The notes under the pieces: generated by a model
The model's input: only the letters and a program-made list of their open reading frames with translations
What the model was told of the DNA's origin: nothing
Database searches by the model: none
Virus record (IMG/VR): IMGVR_UViG_3300020220_000040
Coordinates: 4,541-68,540 of that record
Strand: one strand, 5' to 3'
Origin: a virus
DNA: 64,000 nucleotides
Program-made: the position numbers and the translations under genes
In this document: piece by piece, positions 55,077 to 64,000 of the stretch
Position numbering within the stretch: the first letter of the stretch is position 1
Layout: every line of letters begins with the position of its first letter

Positions 55077-57904
55077 GCAAGCGCAAGGCACAAGAACTCG
55101 ACGTGCTGGGTGAAACCCACCTTCCCGACGACCTATTCACCAACACGGACGGGTTGAACTGGATGCTCGACACCTACCCAGACCTGGGGAAGGGGATGGG
55201 TGTGCTCGACCATGAGGTCTTGAGCGACCCCAAGTCTCCCCCGTCGCTGCCAGACGGGATTGTCATCGAGGCCGGTGAGGAACTCGGTGAGGACTCGGTG
55301 GTGTTCGGCGGCATGGGCGACCTCGGCGAGATGACCCGTGAAGCGGGCCTGACGGACCTTTCCTGGTTGGAGTTGGCCGAGCAGGACCCCGAGCGCCTCC
55401 CAGACAACCCGGTGGACAATGGCATCCCCGAGTTGGAGCAAGCGTGGGGAGCCCACCGCCGCACGGACGGCATCTCGCTGCTCCCGAACGTGGACCGTGA
55501 ACAGGCGGTGTACGAGTCCAGCCTGACCGCCGATGCGGAGGGTGGGGCACTCTCACAGGCGATCATCGACGAGTCTCTGCGTTCGGCCTCTCGCAAGGTC
55601 ACCGCCGGAGCCACCTTCGCGGATGTGGCCTCCGAGGTTGCCCAGCGGCTCGGCGAGCACGCCCACCTCGCTCGAGAGGGGATGGCGAAGATCAAGGACG
55701 ACGCGGGCCTCATCGGTCGCGTGTTCATCCGGGCGGCGAACTACCCGGGCTGCGCTTCTGGGAAGTGGAACGAGCCCGTGCGGAAGCACGCGGCACAGGC
55801 CACGTACCTGGTCAAGAAGAAGGCGTGTGGCGGCTGTGTCCATGCACAGAACGGCTCCTGCGCCATGTTCAAGAAGCAGATCGTGACGACGGTGCCGTGG
55901 GAGGAGGCGGTCGAGACGTACCAGCCGGTCCTCGAAGCCTCGGGCCGCAAGGTGGCCTCCAACACGACCCCCAAGGAGGCCCTCCGCAAGGCGTTCCGTA
56001 TGGCTCCTGTGGGCCTCCAGGCGGTCGGCGACGTTCGGCCCATCCAGCCTGTCGCGGCGGACCAGGTGAGCCTGGAGGACGCCCGCAAGGCCCTCGCTGC
56101 CACCTCCACCCAGACCCGCATCCTCGAGACGACCCGCAAGGAAGCTCTCGGCCATGTGGCCCGGTGGAAGTCCAAGGGGATGCTCACCGCCCAGGACGCG
56201 GAGCGTCTGGCTTCGTCCCAGGCCGCTGGTCCCGACATCCTGAAGGCAGCGGCCCGTCTGATCTCGGCCGTCAAGGTCGCCGACTACAAGGGCGGCCAGA
56301 ACGCGGGCAAGATGGGCTACGAGGCCACCCGCGAGGAAGCCTGGCAAGCACTCGCTTCCGCCGAGGACCGCTCCAAGCAGGCCACCGAACTCATCGAGCG
56401 CGAGATGGCTCGGCGTGAGAAGGCCGCCTCTCGGGAAGGGAAGCGGATCGCGGCCATCGAACAGAAGGCGGCATCCATCCGGGCGGCCATCGACCGGGGA
56501 CTGCAGGGCAAGGCCCTGGTCGCCGCCATCCTCCGCACATTCGAAGCCTCGGATCGTGGTCTGGCTGGCGAAATCCTCGACCCGTACATCAAGTCCAAGA
56601 ACGCCCTCGCCGAGCGCACCCCTCGTGCGGCAGCGGCCTACTCGGGACTGGCGAACGATGTCCGCGTCCAGGATGTGACCGCCTCGGATGCGTGGGCCCA
56701 GCTTCGCCAGGTACACCAGCCCTCCCCCATCGACCTGGCGGAGCGTCGTCGGCTTCAGGCTCACCAGAAGCTCGTCCACACGCTGGGACGTTGGGTTCGG
56801 GACGGCATCCTCCCTCGTCAGGCGGCGGACCGGTTGGTCCAGTCGTCGGCGGAACCCCGTGAGGTTCTCCGGGTGGCTGCGGCTCTCGCGGGTCGGGCCA
56901 AGACGGCGGCCTACTCCGGGATGCTCAACGACCTTCGTGTCCCCGAGGTGTCCGCCACGGAGGCTTGGTCGCTGTTGGTGGCGGCCGAGGACAAGAACAA
57001 GAAGGCCAGTGAGGTCGTGTCGGCGGAAGTGGCTCGACGCACTCGTGCGGCCTCGCGTGAGGGCAAGAAGGAAGCCTCGGTTCGGGCCAAGGTGGCGAAG
57101 GTCACGCAGGCCATCGACCGTGGGCTTCGCGGCTCGGTCCTCAAGAACTTCATCCGCAAGCTCCTCGCGTCGGACGAGATTCCGCTCGCCTCGAAGCTCC
57201 TCGACCCTGTGCTTGCCCGCACGGGGGCACTGGAAGAGGTGATGACCACCCCGAAGGACTACGAGGGGGTTCACTTCGAGCGGGCTGCCAACGAGGGACC
57301 CAAGGTCGCTCCGGGACCTGGTTTCCGGGAGGCCGATCGGTTGCTCCGGTGGGCTCGTCAGCAGATGTCCGAGGGCTTCGCGGGCCGGGACTTGGACAAG
57401 CTCCTCGAGGGACGTTTCGCCTCCTCGGTGCGGACGGCGGCATCCTCCGCCATCCGGTCCCTCCGGGCGAAGCACGAGGGTCTGTCGGGCCAGGTCTACG
57501 TGGACGCGGAAGCCTACGCCTCCAAGACAGGCACGGCTGGCTGTGAGAAGGGTGCGCTCCGGCATCGGGCGAACCAGATCCCCACGGTCATGCAGATGGA
57601 CCGCTGTGGCTCGTGCATCCACCGTGTCGCCAAGGCGGACGGCACCCCGGTGTGCTCGACCTACAACAAGCGGCTCGTCGCCTCGATAGCCGAGGTGGTG
57701 GAGAACCCCAAGGCGTACCAGAAGGAAGCCCTTCGGCTCGCCAACGGGACGGACGCCGAGAACACGGCGGCCATGTTCAACACCTACGACCCCTCCGAGT
57801 TCGGACTGGGTGAGGAAGGCGAACTGGACGACCTGGTGCTCGAGGACGCCCCGTCGGACGAGGAAGTCGCGGACGTGTTCTTCGGCGGGATGGAGTTGGA
57901 ATGA
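55073..57904 (+). CDS. Large internally repeated protein with two Cys-rich domains
   Basis: GTGA overlap; duplicated EAW..L...REGK...AIDRGL.G blocks. Confidence 0.7.
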   Translation: MSKRKAQELDVLGETHLPDDLFTNTDGLNWMLDTYPDLGKGMGVLDHEVLSDPKSPPSLPDGIVIEAGEELGEDSVVFGGMGDLGEMTREAGLTDLSWLELAEQDPERLPDNPVDNGIPELEQAWGAHRRTDGISLLPNVDREQAVYESSLTADAEGGALSQAIIDESLRSASRKVTAGATFADVASEVAQRLGEHAHLAREGMAKIKDDAGLIGRVFIRAANYPGCASGKWNEPVRKHAAQATYLVKKKACGGCVHAQNGSCAMFKKQIVTTVPWEEAVETYQPVLEASGRKVASNTTPKEALRKAFRMAPVGLQAVGDVRPIQPVAADQVSLEDARKALAATSTQTRILETTRKEALGHVARWKSKGMLTAQDAERLASSQAAGPDILKAAARLISAVKVADYKGGQNAGKMGYEATREEAWQALASAEDRSKQATELIEREMARREKAASREGKRIAAIEQKAASIRAAIDRGLQGKALVAAILRTFEASDRGLAGEILDPYIKSKNALAERTPRAAAAYSGLANDVRVQDVTASDAWAQLRQVHQPSPIDLAERRRLQAHQKLVHTLGRWVRDGILPRQAADRLVQSSAEPREVLRVAAALAGRAKTAAYSGMLNDLRVPEVSATEAWSLLVAAEDKNKKASEVVSAEVARRTRAASREGKKEASVRAKVAKVTQAIDRGLRGSVLKNFIRKLLASDEIPLASKLLDPVLARTGALEEVMTTPKDYEGVHFERAANEGPKVAPGPGFREADRLLRWARQQMSEGFAGRDLDKLLEGRFASSVRTAASSAIRSLRAKHEGLSGQVYVDAEAYASKTGTAGCEKGALRHRANQIPTVMQMDRCGSCIHRVAKADGTPVCSTYNKRLVASIAEVVENPKAYQKEALRLANGTDAENTAAMFNTYDPSEFGLGEEGELDDLVLEDAPSDEEVADVFFGGMELE

Positions 57905-59103
57905 CCCCCGCAAGCCGACTGGGCCGTCGTTACCCGGCCGCCCACGCGGAGCACCCCGAGGTGCGAGCCATCCTGAAGGAGTTCTTCGGGCTCCTTCACG
58001 CCCTCTACTGGAGCCACTGGACGGCGCACTGGCAGGTCCAGGGGAACCCCTTCTACGGGGACCATCTCCTGTTCGAGCGGCTGTACCAAGGGGTCGTTGA
58101 GGAGATCGATACGCTGGCGGAGAAGATGGTGGCTCGGTTCGGTCCCACCGTCGTCGATGCCGTCGATCACTTCCCTGTGACCCAGGCGTGGGTGGAACGC
58201 TGGAGCGTGCAGGAGAGTCCCTACAAGAGGGCTCTCATGGCCGAGTCGGACTTCCAGTCCGCCGCCAAGCGGGTCTACGACCACATCAAGGAAGCCGGGG
58301 CCATGTCCTTGGGGTTGGACGACTACCTCATGGCCATCGCCAACGACCACGAGACGAACATGTACCTGCTGCAACAGCGGCTCCGTACAGACGGCGTGTT
58401 GAACAAGACTGCCAAGGTCTTGGACACCGTGTTCGTCGTGGTCGACCCGTCGGACCTCTCGGAGTTCGGCGACATCATCTTCGAGGCGAATGCCGCCCAC
58501 CTGGCGAACTACATCATCGGCACAGGTGGCAACAAGTGGCGGGCGGAGCACTCCACGCTCCACGACAACAAGCAGTCCGCCATCCAGGATGCTGTGGACC
58601 GCCTGAAGAAGTTCTGGGGTGGGAAGCCTCCCGCCAACGTCCTCCCGAAGAACCTGGACGTGGGTCGGCTCGCGTCGTTCGAGCGTCGGGCGACTCCGGG
58701 GCTGGACCATCTCGACGGAGATGGTGAAGCGGACATGTCGGCGGAGGGGCACTTCTTCGACAAGCCGCGTGCTCGAGAGGTGCGGGAGTTCGCTCAGTCC
58801 GGGGCCATCACGAACAGCCCCGAGGTGGCGAAGGGTGCGCTCAAGGCCGACGAACTGGCCGAGTCCCCCCGGAAGGTGAAGAAGCAGGTCGATGCTTCTC
58901 CCCCGACGGTCACCGAGATCGTGGATGACACCCCCGGTTCGGGTGAGTTCTCCACCCTGTCCCGGTACGTGGTGGAGACCGCCCAGACCGACGAGCCCGG
59001 AGTCCCACAAGGCCACCACGAAGTGCCGAAAGCTCCGGACGCGGTGAAAACGCGGGTCGCAAACCGCTGGCTTGCCTCAATAGGGAGCCTATCTGCCTCC
59101 TGA
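57901..59103 (+). CDS. Mosaic protein with N-terminal Dps/ferritin-like domain
   Basis: HWQVQG.PFYGDHLLFERLY....EEID.LAEK; HE...YLL. Confidence 0.75.
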   Translation: MTPASRLGRRYPAAHAEHPEVRAILKEFFGLLHALYWSHWTAHWQVQGNPFYGDHLLFERLYQGVVEEIDTLAEKMVARFGPTVVDAVDHFPVTQAWVERWSVQESPYKRALMAESDFQSAAKRVYDHIKEAGAMSLGLDDYLMAIANDHETNMYLLQQRLRTDGVLNKTAKVLDTVFVVVDPSDLSEFGDIIFEANAAHLANYIIGTGGNKWRAEHSTLHDNKQSAIQDAVDRLKKFWGGKPPANVLPKNLDVGRLASFERRATPGLDHLDGDGEADMSAEGHFFDKPRAREVREFAQSGAITNSPEVAKGALKADELAESPRKVKKQVDASPPTVTEIVDDTPGSGEFSTLSRYVVETAQTDEPGVPQGHHEVPKAPDAVKTRVANRWLASIGSLSAS

Positions 59104-59118
59104 GTGGGAGGCCGCGAC

Positions 59119-59694
59119 ATGGCTAGGCTCATCACGGCACCGCCGAAGTTCAAGATCCTGGTAGCGAACATCGAGAATGCGGGGGATCCCAGCCGTGGGA
59201 ACAACCCCGTGAAGGTTCGTACTGGGTTCCAGAAGCAGCTTCTCTCCGAGGTCCCTCGGACGGGGGCACCCTCGTGGTCGCCGGACGACTCGACGCCTGG
59301 GGTCCACACCTACCAGGGTCTGCTCAAGAGCACGACGCCGAAGGTCCCCGTTGCTTCGACCGGTACGGTCACGGTCGGGAACAACACCTTCACGGCACAG
59401 GCCACGCTCTACCTCGGACCCTACACCATCACGTCGAACGTGGACTTCACTCCCGGCGGCACAACGGCTTTGACCGCGACCGCGTTGGCTGCGGCCATCT
59501 CCGCCCTTCCCGAGTTCAGTGCCTCGGCCGCTCTGTCGGTCGTCACCATCACGGGGCCGTTTGGTCCCATGGGGAATGAGCTTCGGTTCGAGGACATCTA
59601 CGCGGGATCGATCGCCAACTACACGCTGTCTCCGACGGATGGCTCGCTCTCCAGCGGTGAGCCCTTCATCGGACCTCCCGAAATCTTGTCGTAG
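59119..59694 (+). CDS. Putative structural protein
   Basis: Late-promoter motif at 59079; GGAGG RBS; TGTVTV...TATALAAAI domain. Confidence 0.6.
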   Translation: MARLITAPPKFKILVANIENAGDPSRGNNPVKVRTGFQKQLLSEVPRTGAPSWSPDDSTPGVHTYQGLLKSTTPKVPVASTGTVTVGNNTFTAQATLYLGPYTITSNVDFTPGGTTALTATALAAAISALPEFSASAALSVVTITGPFGPMGNELRFEDIYAGSIANYTLSPTDGSLSSGEPFIGPPEILS

Positions 59695-59702
59695 GGGGCC
59701 AC

Positions 59703-60374
59703 ATGCCTACCCCAAAGTCCGCACAGACCAACGCCAGCATCCTCGCATCGCTCCCTTCGGGTACGACGCGGGTGCAGGTCATCGACGAGTTCGGCAAGAC
59801 TCGGTTCAAGGCTCCGGCCGATGTGGCCGACTCTGACCAGATCGTCATCGGCGGCAACGGCGACCCGATCGTGATGTCCGGCCGTCCTGGACGCAAGAAG
59901 AAGCCCGACCTGGCTCCCGCCAACGACCGCGTGGCGGAGCAGATCCGCGCCAAGGAGATCCACGTCGAGGGAGACGATCTCCTCGACACCATCCGCCAGA
60001 ACCCCGAGTCGGGAGATGTGCTCGACCGGGTGATGGAGGGCTTGGCCGAGGAGGCGGCTTCTCTGTCGTTCGAGCGGCGTGAGGCGGAGCGCACGGGGAA
60101 TCCGACTTCGCAGATTTCGATGCGACGCATCAACGCCCTGAAGGCGGTCGGCGACTCCTACCTCAAGCGGAAGGAGATCATGTCCGTCGGTGCGGTGGAC
60201 ATGGAAAGCCCCGCGTTCCGGCGGCTGTTCACCTACATCATGGAGACGTTCCGCGAAGCCCTCAACGGAGCGGGCACCCGCCCCGAGATGATCGAAACGG
60301 TGTTCGCCAACCTCTCCAAGCGTCTCGATGAGGACTGGCAGAAGGAAGCCACCAAGCGGATGTCGGAGGGCTAG
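59703..60374 (+). CDS. Hypothetical protein, candidate terminase small subunit
   Basis: Helical protein directly upstream of and overlapping terL; function by position only. Confidence 0.45.
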   Translation: MPTPKSAQTNASILASLPSGTTRVQVIDEFGKTRFKAPADVADSDQIVIGGNGDPIVMSGRPGRKKKPDLAPANDRVAEQIRAKEIHVEGDDLLDTIRQNPESGDVLDRVMEGLAEEAASLSFERREAERTGNPTSQISMRRINALKAVGDSYLKRKEIMSVGAVDMESPAFRRLFTYIMETFREALNGAGTRPEMIETVFANLSKRLDEDWQKEATKRMSEG

Positions 60375-63373
60375 TGGCCGCTGGACTTGCATCCATCGCG
60401 ATGGGGGCTGGTCGGGCGAATGCCGCGACCGGCCGTGCCGTGGTGGATCTCATCACGTTCATCGAGGCCCCTTGGGGCCTCAACATGGCCTTGTTCCCTG
60501 TCCAGCGGGTGATCCTCAAGGCGTACTACGGGGTTCCCCTCGACACCAACCCGCATGGGTTCCCGCTCGACACCCCCGTTCCACAGACCCACCCGAACTA
60601 CAGCCCGGACCTGGTGGATGTGGATGGGTACTACAAATACCGGGTCGTCATCACGGATTGGCGTCGTCAGAACCCCAAGGTGATGACCGAGGCGCAGTAC
60701 CTGGCGAAGCAGTTCGCTGAGGGTCGCTGCAACATCGGGACGGTCATCCCGGGCCAAGAGCGACGCGAGATGGTGCTGTCCGTCGGCCGTCGTTCCGGCA
60801 AGACCGAGATGTCGTCGTGCATCGCGGCCTACGAGACGTACCGGCTCCTCTCCAAGGGTGACCCCCAGACCTACTACGGCGTGCCGCCGAGCGAGAACAT
60901 CCAGCTAATCTCGTTCGCGACGGACAAGGACCAGGCGGGCATTCTCTACCAGAAGGTGTCCGGCTACTTCCGAGGCTGTTTCGCCCCCGAGACGGAGATT
61001 GTCACTGACCAGGGGGTCAAGCCCATCGGGTCTCTTGTCGGCACGAACCCGACGATCCTCACCCGTGACGGTACGTGGGTGGCGGCCCCGATTCGGTCTT
61101 TCGGGGTGCAGCCGCTCCTCAGGCTGACCCTCCAACGACAGGGTATCGAGAAGGTCATCTACACTACGGCGAACCATCGGTGGTTCGCCCGCGATGCACG
61201 AAAGGCACATCGTGGACAGGGGTTCCGGGAGTTCCTCACGACGGAACTGCGACCCGGTAAGCACCACCTCCAGGCGACGTTCGGGAAGAGCTACAAGGGA
61301 CGGATCGATCCGTCCCCGTTCGGTGTGGCACATGGGTTCGTGTTTGGGGACGGCTGTACCACCGCTGGGAGTCGCAACGCGACAGTGGCGCATCTGTACG
61401 GTGAGAAGGACGCAAACCTGCTCCCGTACTTCTCCATGTGCCCAAAGCGGCGCGGGGACGTGCGTGCGGAGCAGCCAGATAGTGGAAGGGGTGAGTGTTC
61501 CGTGGAGGTGGCTGCCCTCCCGAACTTCTTCCGTGACATCCCTCCGATCACGGAGAACAAGGCGTACCTACTCGGTTGGGCGATGGGGTACTTCGCGGCG
61601 GACGGATGCTCATCGAGTAGCGGGGTCGAGATCGCGAGCGTCGATCGGAAGAATGTTGAGTTCTTCCGTGACGTGTGTATCTTGCTCGGCATCGGAACCT
61701 ATGACATCCGGGCCGAGGATAAGGTCTCGAACATCACGGGGAAGTCGTTCCGGCTATTTCGGCTCAAGCTGATGCGTGGAACTCTGGACGAGTCGTTCTT
61801 CATCCTCCCGTCTCACCGGGAAGCCTTCCGCGCCCTTGGAGGGGACGACGTTCGTCGTCAGGTTCTTTCCTGGACTGTCAAGTCCGTGGAGCCCACGGAC
61901 CGGGTCGAAGAGGTGTTCTGTGCAACTGTAGAGGGCCACGGGGATTTCGTGCTTGCGGGGAACATTGCCACGGGAAACTGTTCCTTCTTCGCGCCCTACA
62001 CCGCGAACAACACGCAGACCTACGCCCGGTTCCAGACCCCCAAGGACATCGAGCGGTACGGCAGCTACCAGAACGACCCGACCGCCAAGGCCACCATCAA
62101 GGTCACGTTCCGGTCCTCGGTCGCCAAGGGCTCTCGTGGTCCGGGTAACATCGTCGTCATCTTCGACGAAATGGCCCACTTCACCGACAATGGCCAGTCG
62201 TCGGCGGATGCAGTCTACTCGGCCGTCGTGCCGTCTACCGCGACCTTCTCCCCCAAGGATCCCCGGGATCGCCGCAAGGCCATCGGGGCCGTCGAAGCGA
62301 AGATCATCGCCATCTCCTCGCCCTTGGGCAAGCAGGGCGTGTTCTACCAGCTTTTCGGCGACGGGTTCCGAGGTGGGGCGGTCGGGGACAATCGCCTGTC
62401 CTTCCAGGCCGCCACCTGGGAAGTGAATCCCACCATCCCGGCGGAGTTCTTCGAGTCCGAGTTCGTCAAGGACTCCCGGACGTTCTTCACCGAGTTCGGG
62501 GCCGAGTTCTCGGACCGCACTCGTGGGTGGCTGGACGGCGAAAAGGATCTGCTGGCCTGCGTCAACCCGGACCTCAAGCCGCGTACCCGGGCTCCCGCCC
62601 GGATGCCCCACTTCGCAGGGGTGGACATCGCGCTCGTGGGTGACGCCACCGCCATCGCCATCGGCCACAACGACGAGCAGGGCCGCATCGTCGTGGACCT
62701 GGTGGACTCGATCAAGGCGGGTGAGGGCGACTTCGCCAGCTACGAGAGGCTCGACTTCCAGGAGGTCGCGGACTGGATTGCGGACCACGCCAGTCGGTTC
62801 CACATCACCGAAGGGATCTTCGACCAGTGGGCCGGCATCCCGATGGAGCAGGCGCTCCAAGCCAAGGGCTTGAGCCAGTTCGAGTCGGTACACCACACCC
62901 CGATTCTGACCAGCCAGATGTACCAGAACTTCAAGGACATGATGTTCGACAAGCGACTCATGCTCTACGACTGGCCCATCCCGGATGGGGCTTCGCATTG
63001 TGAGTACATCGCGCAGTTGCTGGAGCTTCAGGCCGAGTACAAGTCGAAGTACGTGACCATCGTGCAGGCACCCAAGGTTGCGGGAAAGCACGACGACTTG
63101 GCCGACGCCTTGGTCCGGATGGTCTGGAAGGCGTCCCAGCACGTCGGCAAGGTGATCGCCATGGGGGGTTACGCTCCCAGGCCGGGCGTTCCCCAGAACG
63201 TGCAGCGGGTGGCCCAACGGGCCATGATGCAGGCCCGTAGGAAGGCGTTCCAGACGGGCTCGAGCCCTGACCGCCAGGTGCCCAAGAAGCTCGGGTTCGG
63301 TCGCAACGGTGGCGGCGGTGGACGAGGCCCGGGAGGTCTGGGCGGTCTTGGAAACCCCTGGGGCCGGAGGTAG
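60374..63373 (+). CDS. terL: Terminase large subunit containing an intein
   Basis: GRRSGKT, IFDEMAHF, ISSP, EFGAEF, GVDIA, FDQW, HDDLADA. Confidence 0.9.
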   Translation: MAAGLASIAMGAGRANAATGRAVVDLITFIEAPWGLNMALFPVQRVILKAYYGVPLDTNPHGFPLDTPVPQTHPNYSPDLVDVDGYYKYRVVITDWRRQNPKVMTEAQYLAKQFAEGRCNIGTVIPGQERREMVLSVGRRSGKTEMSSCIAAYETYRLLSKGDPQTYYGVPPSENIQLISFATDKDQAGILYQKVSGYFRGCFAPETEIVTDQGVKPIGSLVGTNPTILTRDGTWVAAPIRSFGVQPLLRLTLQRQGIEKVIYTTANHRWFARDARKAHRGQGFREFLTTELRPGKHHLQATFGKSYKGRIDPSPFGVAHGFVFGDGCTTAGSRNATVAHLYGEKDANLLPYFSMCPKRRGDVRAEQPDSGRGECSVEVAALPNFFRDIPPITENKAYLLGWAMGYFAADGCSSSSGVEIASVDRKNVEFFRDVCILLGIGTYDIRAEDKVSNITGKSFRLFRLKLMRGTLDESFFILPSHREAFRALGGDDVRRQVLSWTVKSVEPTDRVEEVFCATVEGHGDFVLAGNIATGNCSFFAPYTANNTQTYARFQTPKDIERYGSYQNDPTAKATIKVTFRSSVAKGSRGPGNIVVIFDEMAHFTDNGQSSADAVYSAVVPSTATFSPKDPRDRRKAIGAVEAKIIAISSPLGKQGVFYQLFGDGFRGGAVGDNRLSFQAATWEVNPTIPAEFFESEFVKDSRTFFTEFGAEFSDRTRGWLDGEKDLLACVNPDLKPRTRAPARMPHFAGVDIALVGDATAIAIGHNDEQGRIVVDLVDSIKAGEGDFASYERLDFQEVADWIADHASRFHITEGIFDQWAGIPMEQALQAKGLSQFESVHHTPILTSQMYQNFKDMMFDKRLMLYDWPIPDGASHCEYIAQLLELQAEYKSKYVTIVQAPKVAGKHDDLADALVRMVWKASQHVGKVIAMGGYAPRPGVPQNVQRVAQRAMMQARRKAFQTGSSPDRQVPKKLGFGRNGGGGGRGPGGLGGLGNPWGRR
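60977..61978 (+). mobile_element. Intein with LAGLIDADG endonuclease
   Basis: CFAPET start, TTANHRW, GFVFGDG, GYFAADG, VFCATV, TGN/C junction. Confidence 0.9.
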
Positions 63374-63375
63374 GC

Positions 63376-63630
63376 ATGGGCGCTCCCTCCACACCACTAC
63401 GGGCACACCACCGGCTTCTCAAGGAGATCCTCTCCTCGAGCTTCTCGGATGCCAAGGTGGCTCCCTCCCCGGAGGAGTTGGACTTGATCTCCCGTGTCTT
63501 TCAGCGCGCGGGGGGTTCGTGGGTGCGGGTGTATGGCGGATCCGTTCGTGATGTCACCCTGCTGAAGAAAACCTTGAAGGTGGCTGTTGCAAAGGGCCAT
63601 CTCTCCAAAGCTCCGAATTGGGGTGGGTGA
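63376..63630 (+). CDS. Hypothetical protein
   Basis: GGAGG RBS; TGATG overlap. Confidence 0.6.
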   Translation: MGAPSTPLRAHHRLLKEILSSSFSDAKVAPSPEELDLISRVFQRAGGSWVRVYGGSVRDVTLLKKTLKVAVAKGHLSKAPNWGG

Positions 63631-64000
63631 TGGCTTCGATTACCGGCAACACGGACGCTGACGTTGAACTGATGTACTCGGGGCTACGGCTCCCGGTCAC
63701 CGCAGGTCCGACGCTGCGTCAGACCAAGTGGCGGGGTGGTCTGTGGGTGACCTACATCACCTCGACCGAGGGCGAGTTTGTGGTTGAGGTGAGCAACGGG
63801 AACGCCTCCTGTGGGTTCCTGCTTTTCCCCAGCGAGCGGTACACCCCGTTGACGGGCTCTACCTTTGGGCCCGCGTTCGGCTCCAACGACAACTGGACCA
63901 GCTACCAGCCAGCCACCTACGTCGGCGGCCAGAACGTTGTCACGATGATCGCGGACAACACCCGGGCGTTCTTCAAGATGTTCGAGACGGTGGCCCTGGC
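63630..64000 (+). CDS. Hypothetical protein, 3'-truncated
   Basis: ATG 63630 begins MASITGNTDADVELMYSG...; frame appears open to the window end. Confidence 0.6.
   Translation, partial: MASITGNTDADVELMYSGLRLPVTAGPTLRQTKWRGGLWVTYITSTEGEFVVEVSNGNASCGFLLFPSERYTPLTGSTFGPAFGSNDNWTSYQPATYVGGQNVVTMIADNTRAFFKMFETVAL

Noticed and set aside
1-64000. Stop-codon reassignment
   Set aside because: Genes are intact in the standard code, with TAG, TGA and TAA all used as stops

Overview
A 64 kb segment of a high-GC, large (jumbo-like) tailed-phage genome read in the standard genetic code. No rRNA, tRNA or CRISPR array was seen. In order along the window: (1) a CobT/CobS-like vWA + MoxR AAA pair. (2) A ~11.4 kb minus-strand operon combining deamidating NAD+ salvage (PncB, NadE, PncA, NrtR), the NAD-consuming Tpt1/KptA and a TerY-P-like vWA/PP2C/kinase triad. 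(3) A dNK and mosaic proteins. (4) Two divergent sigma-like genes. (5) A replication/recombination block: Pol III delta', delta, beta and gamma/tau, class II RNR, RecD2, SSB, RuvC, RecA, split SbcC, intein-bearing SbcD, Cas4-like nuclease, primase, NusG. (6) A late/head block ending in an intein-bearing terminase large subunit. Main observations: free-standing homing endonucleases that appear to carry recoded replacement ends of the genes they invade; a shared RVAxR[YFW]L motif plus K/R-x-A junction sites in genes preceded by a common putative late promoter; and the phage-borne NAD salvage + TerY-P operon. All protein calls come from motif recognition by eye, not from database searches.
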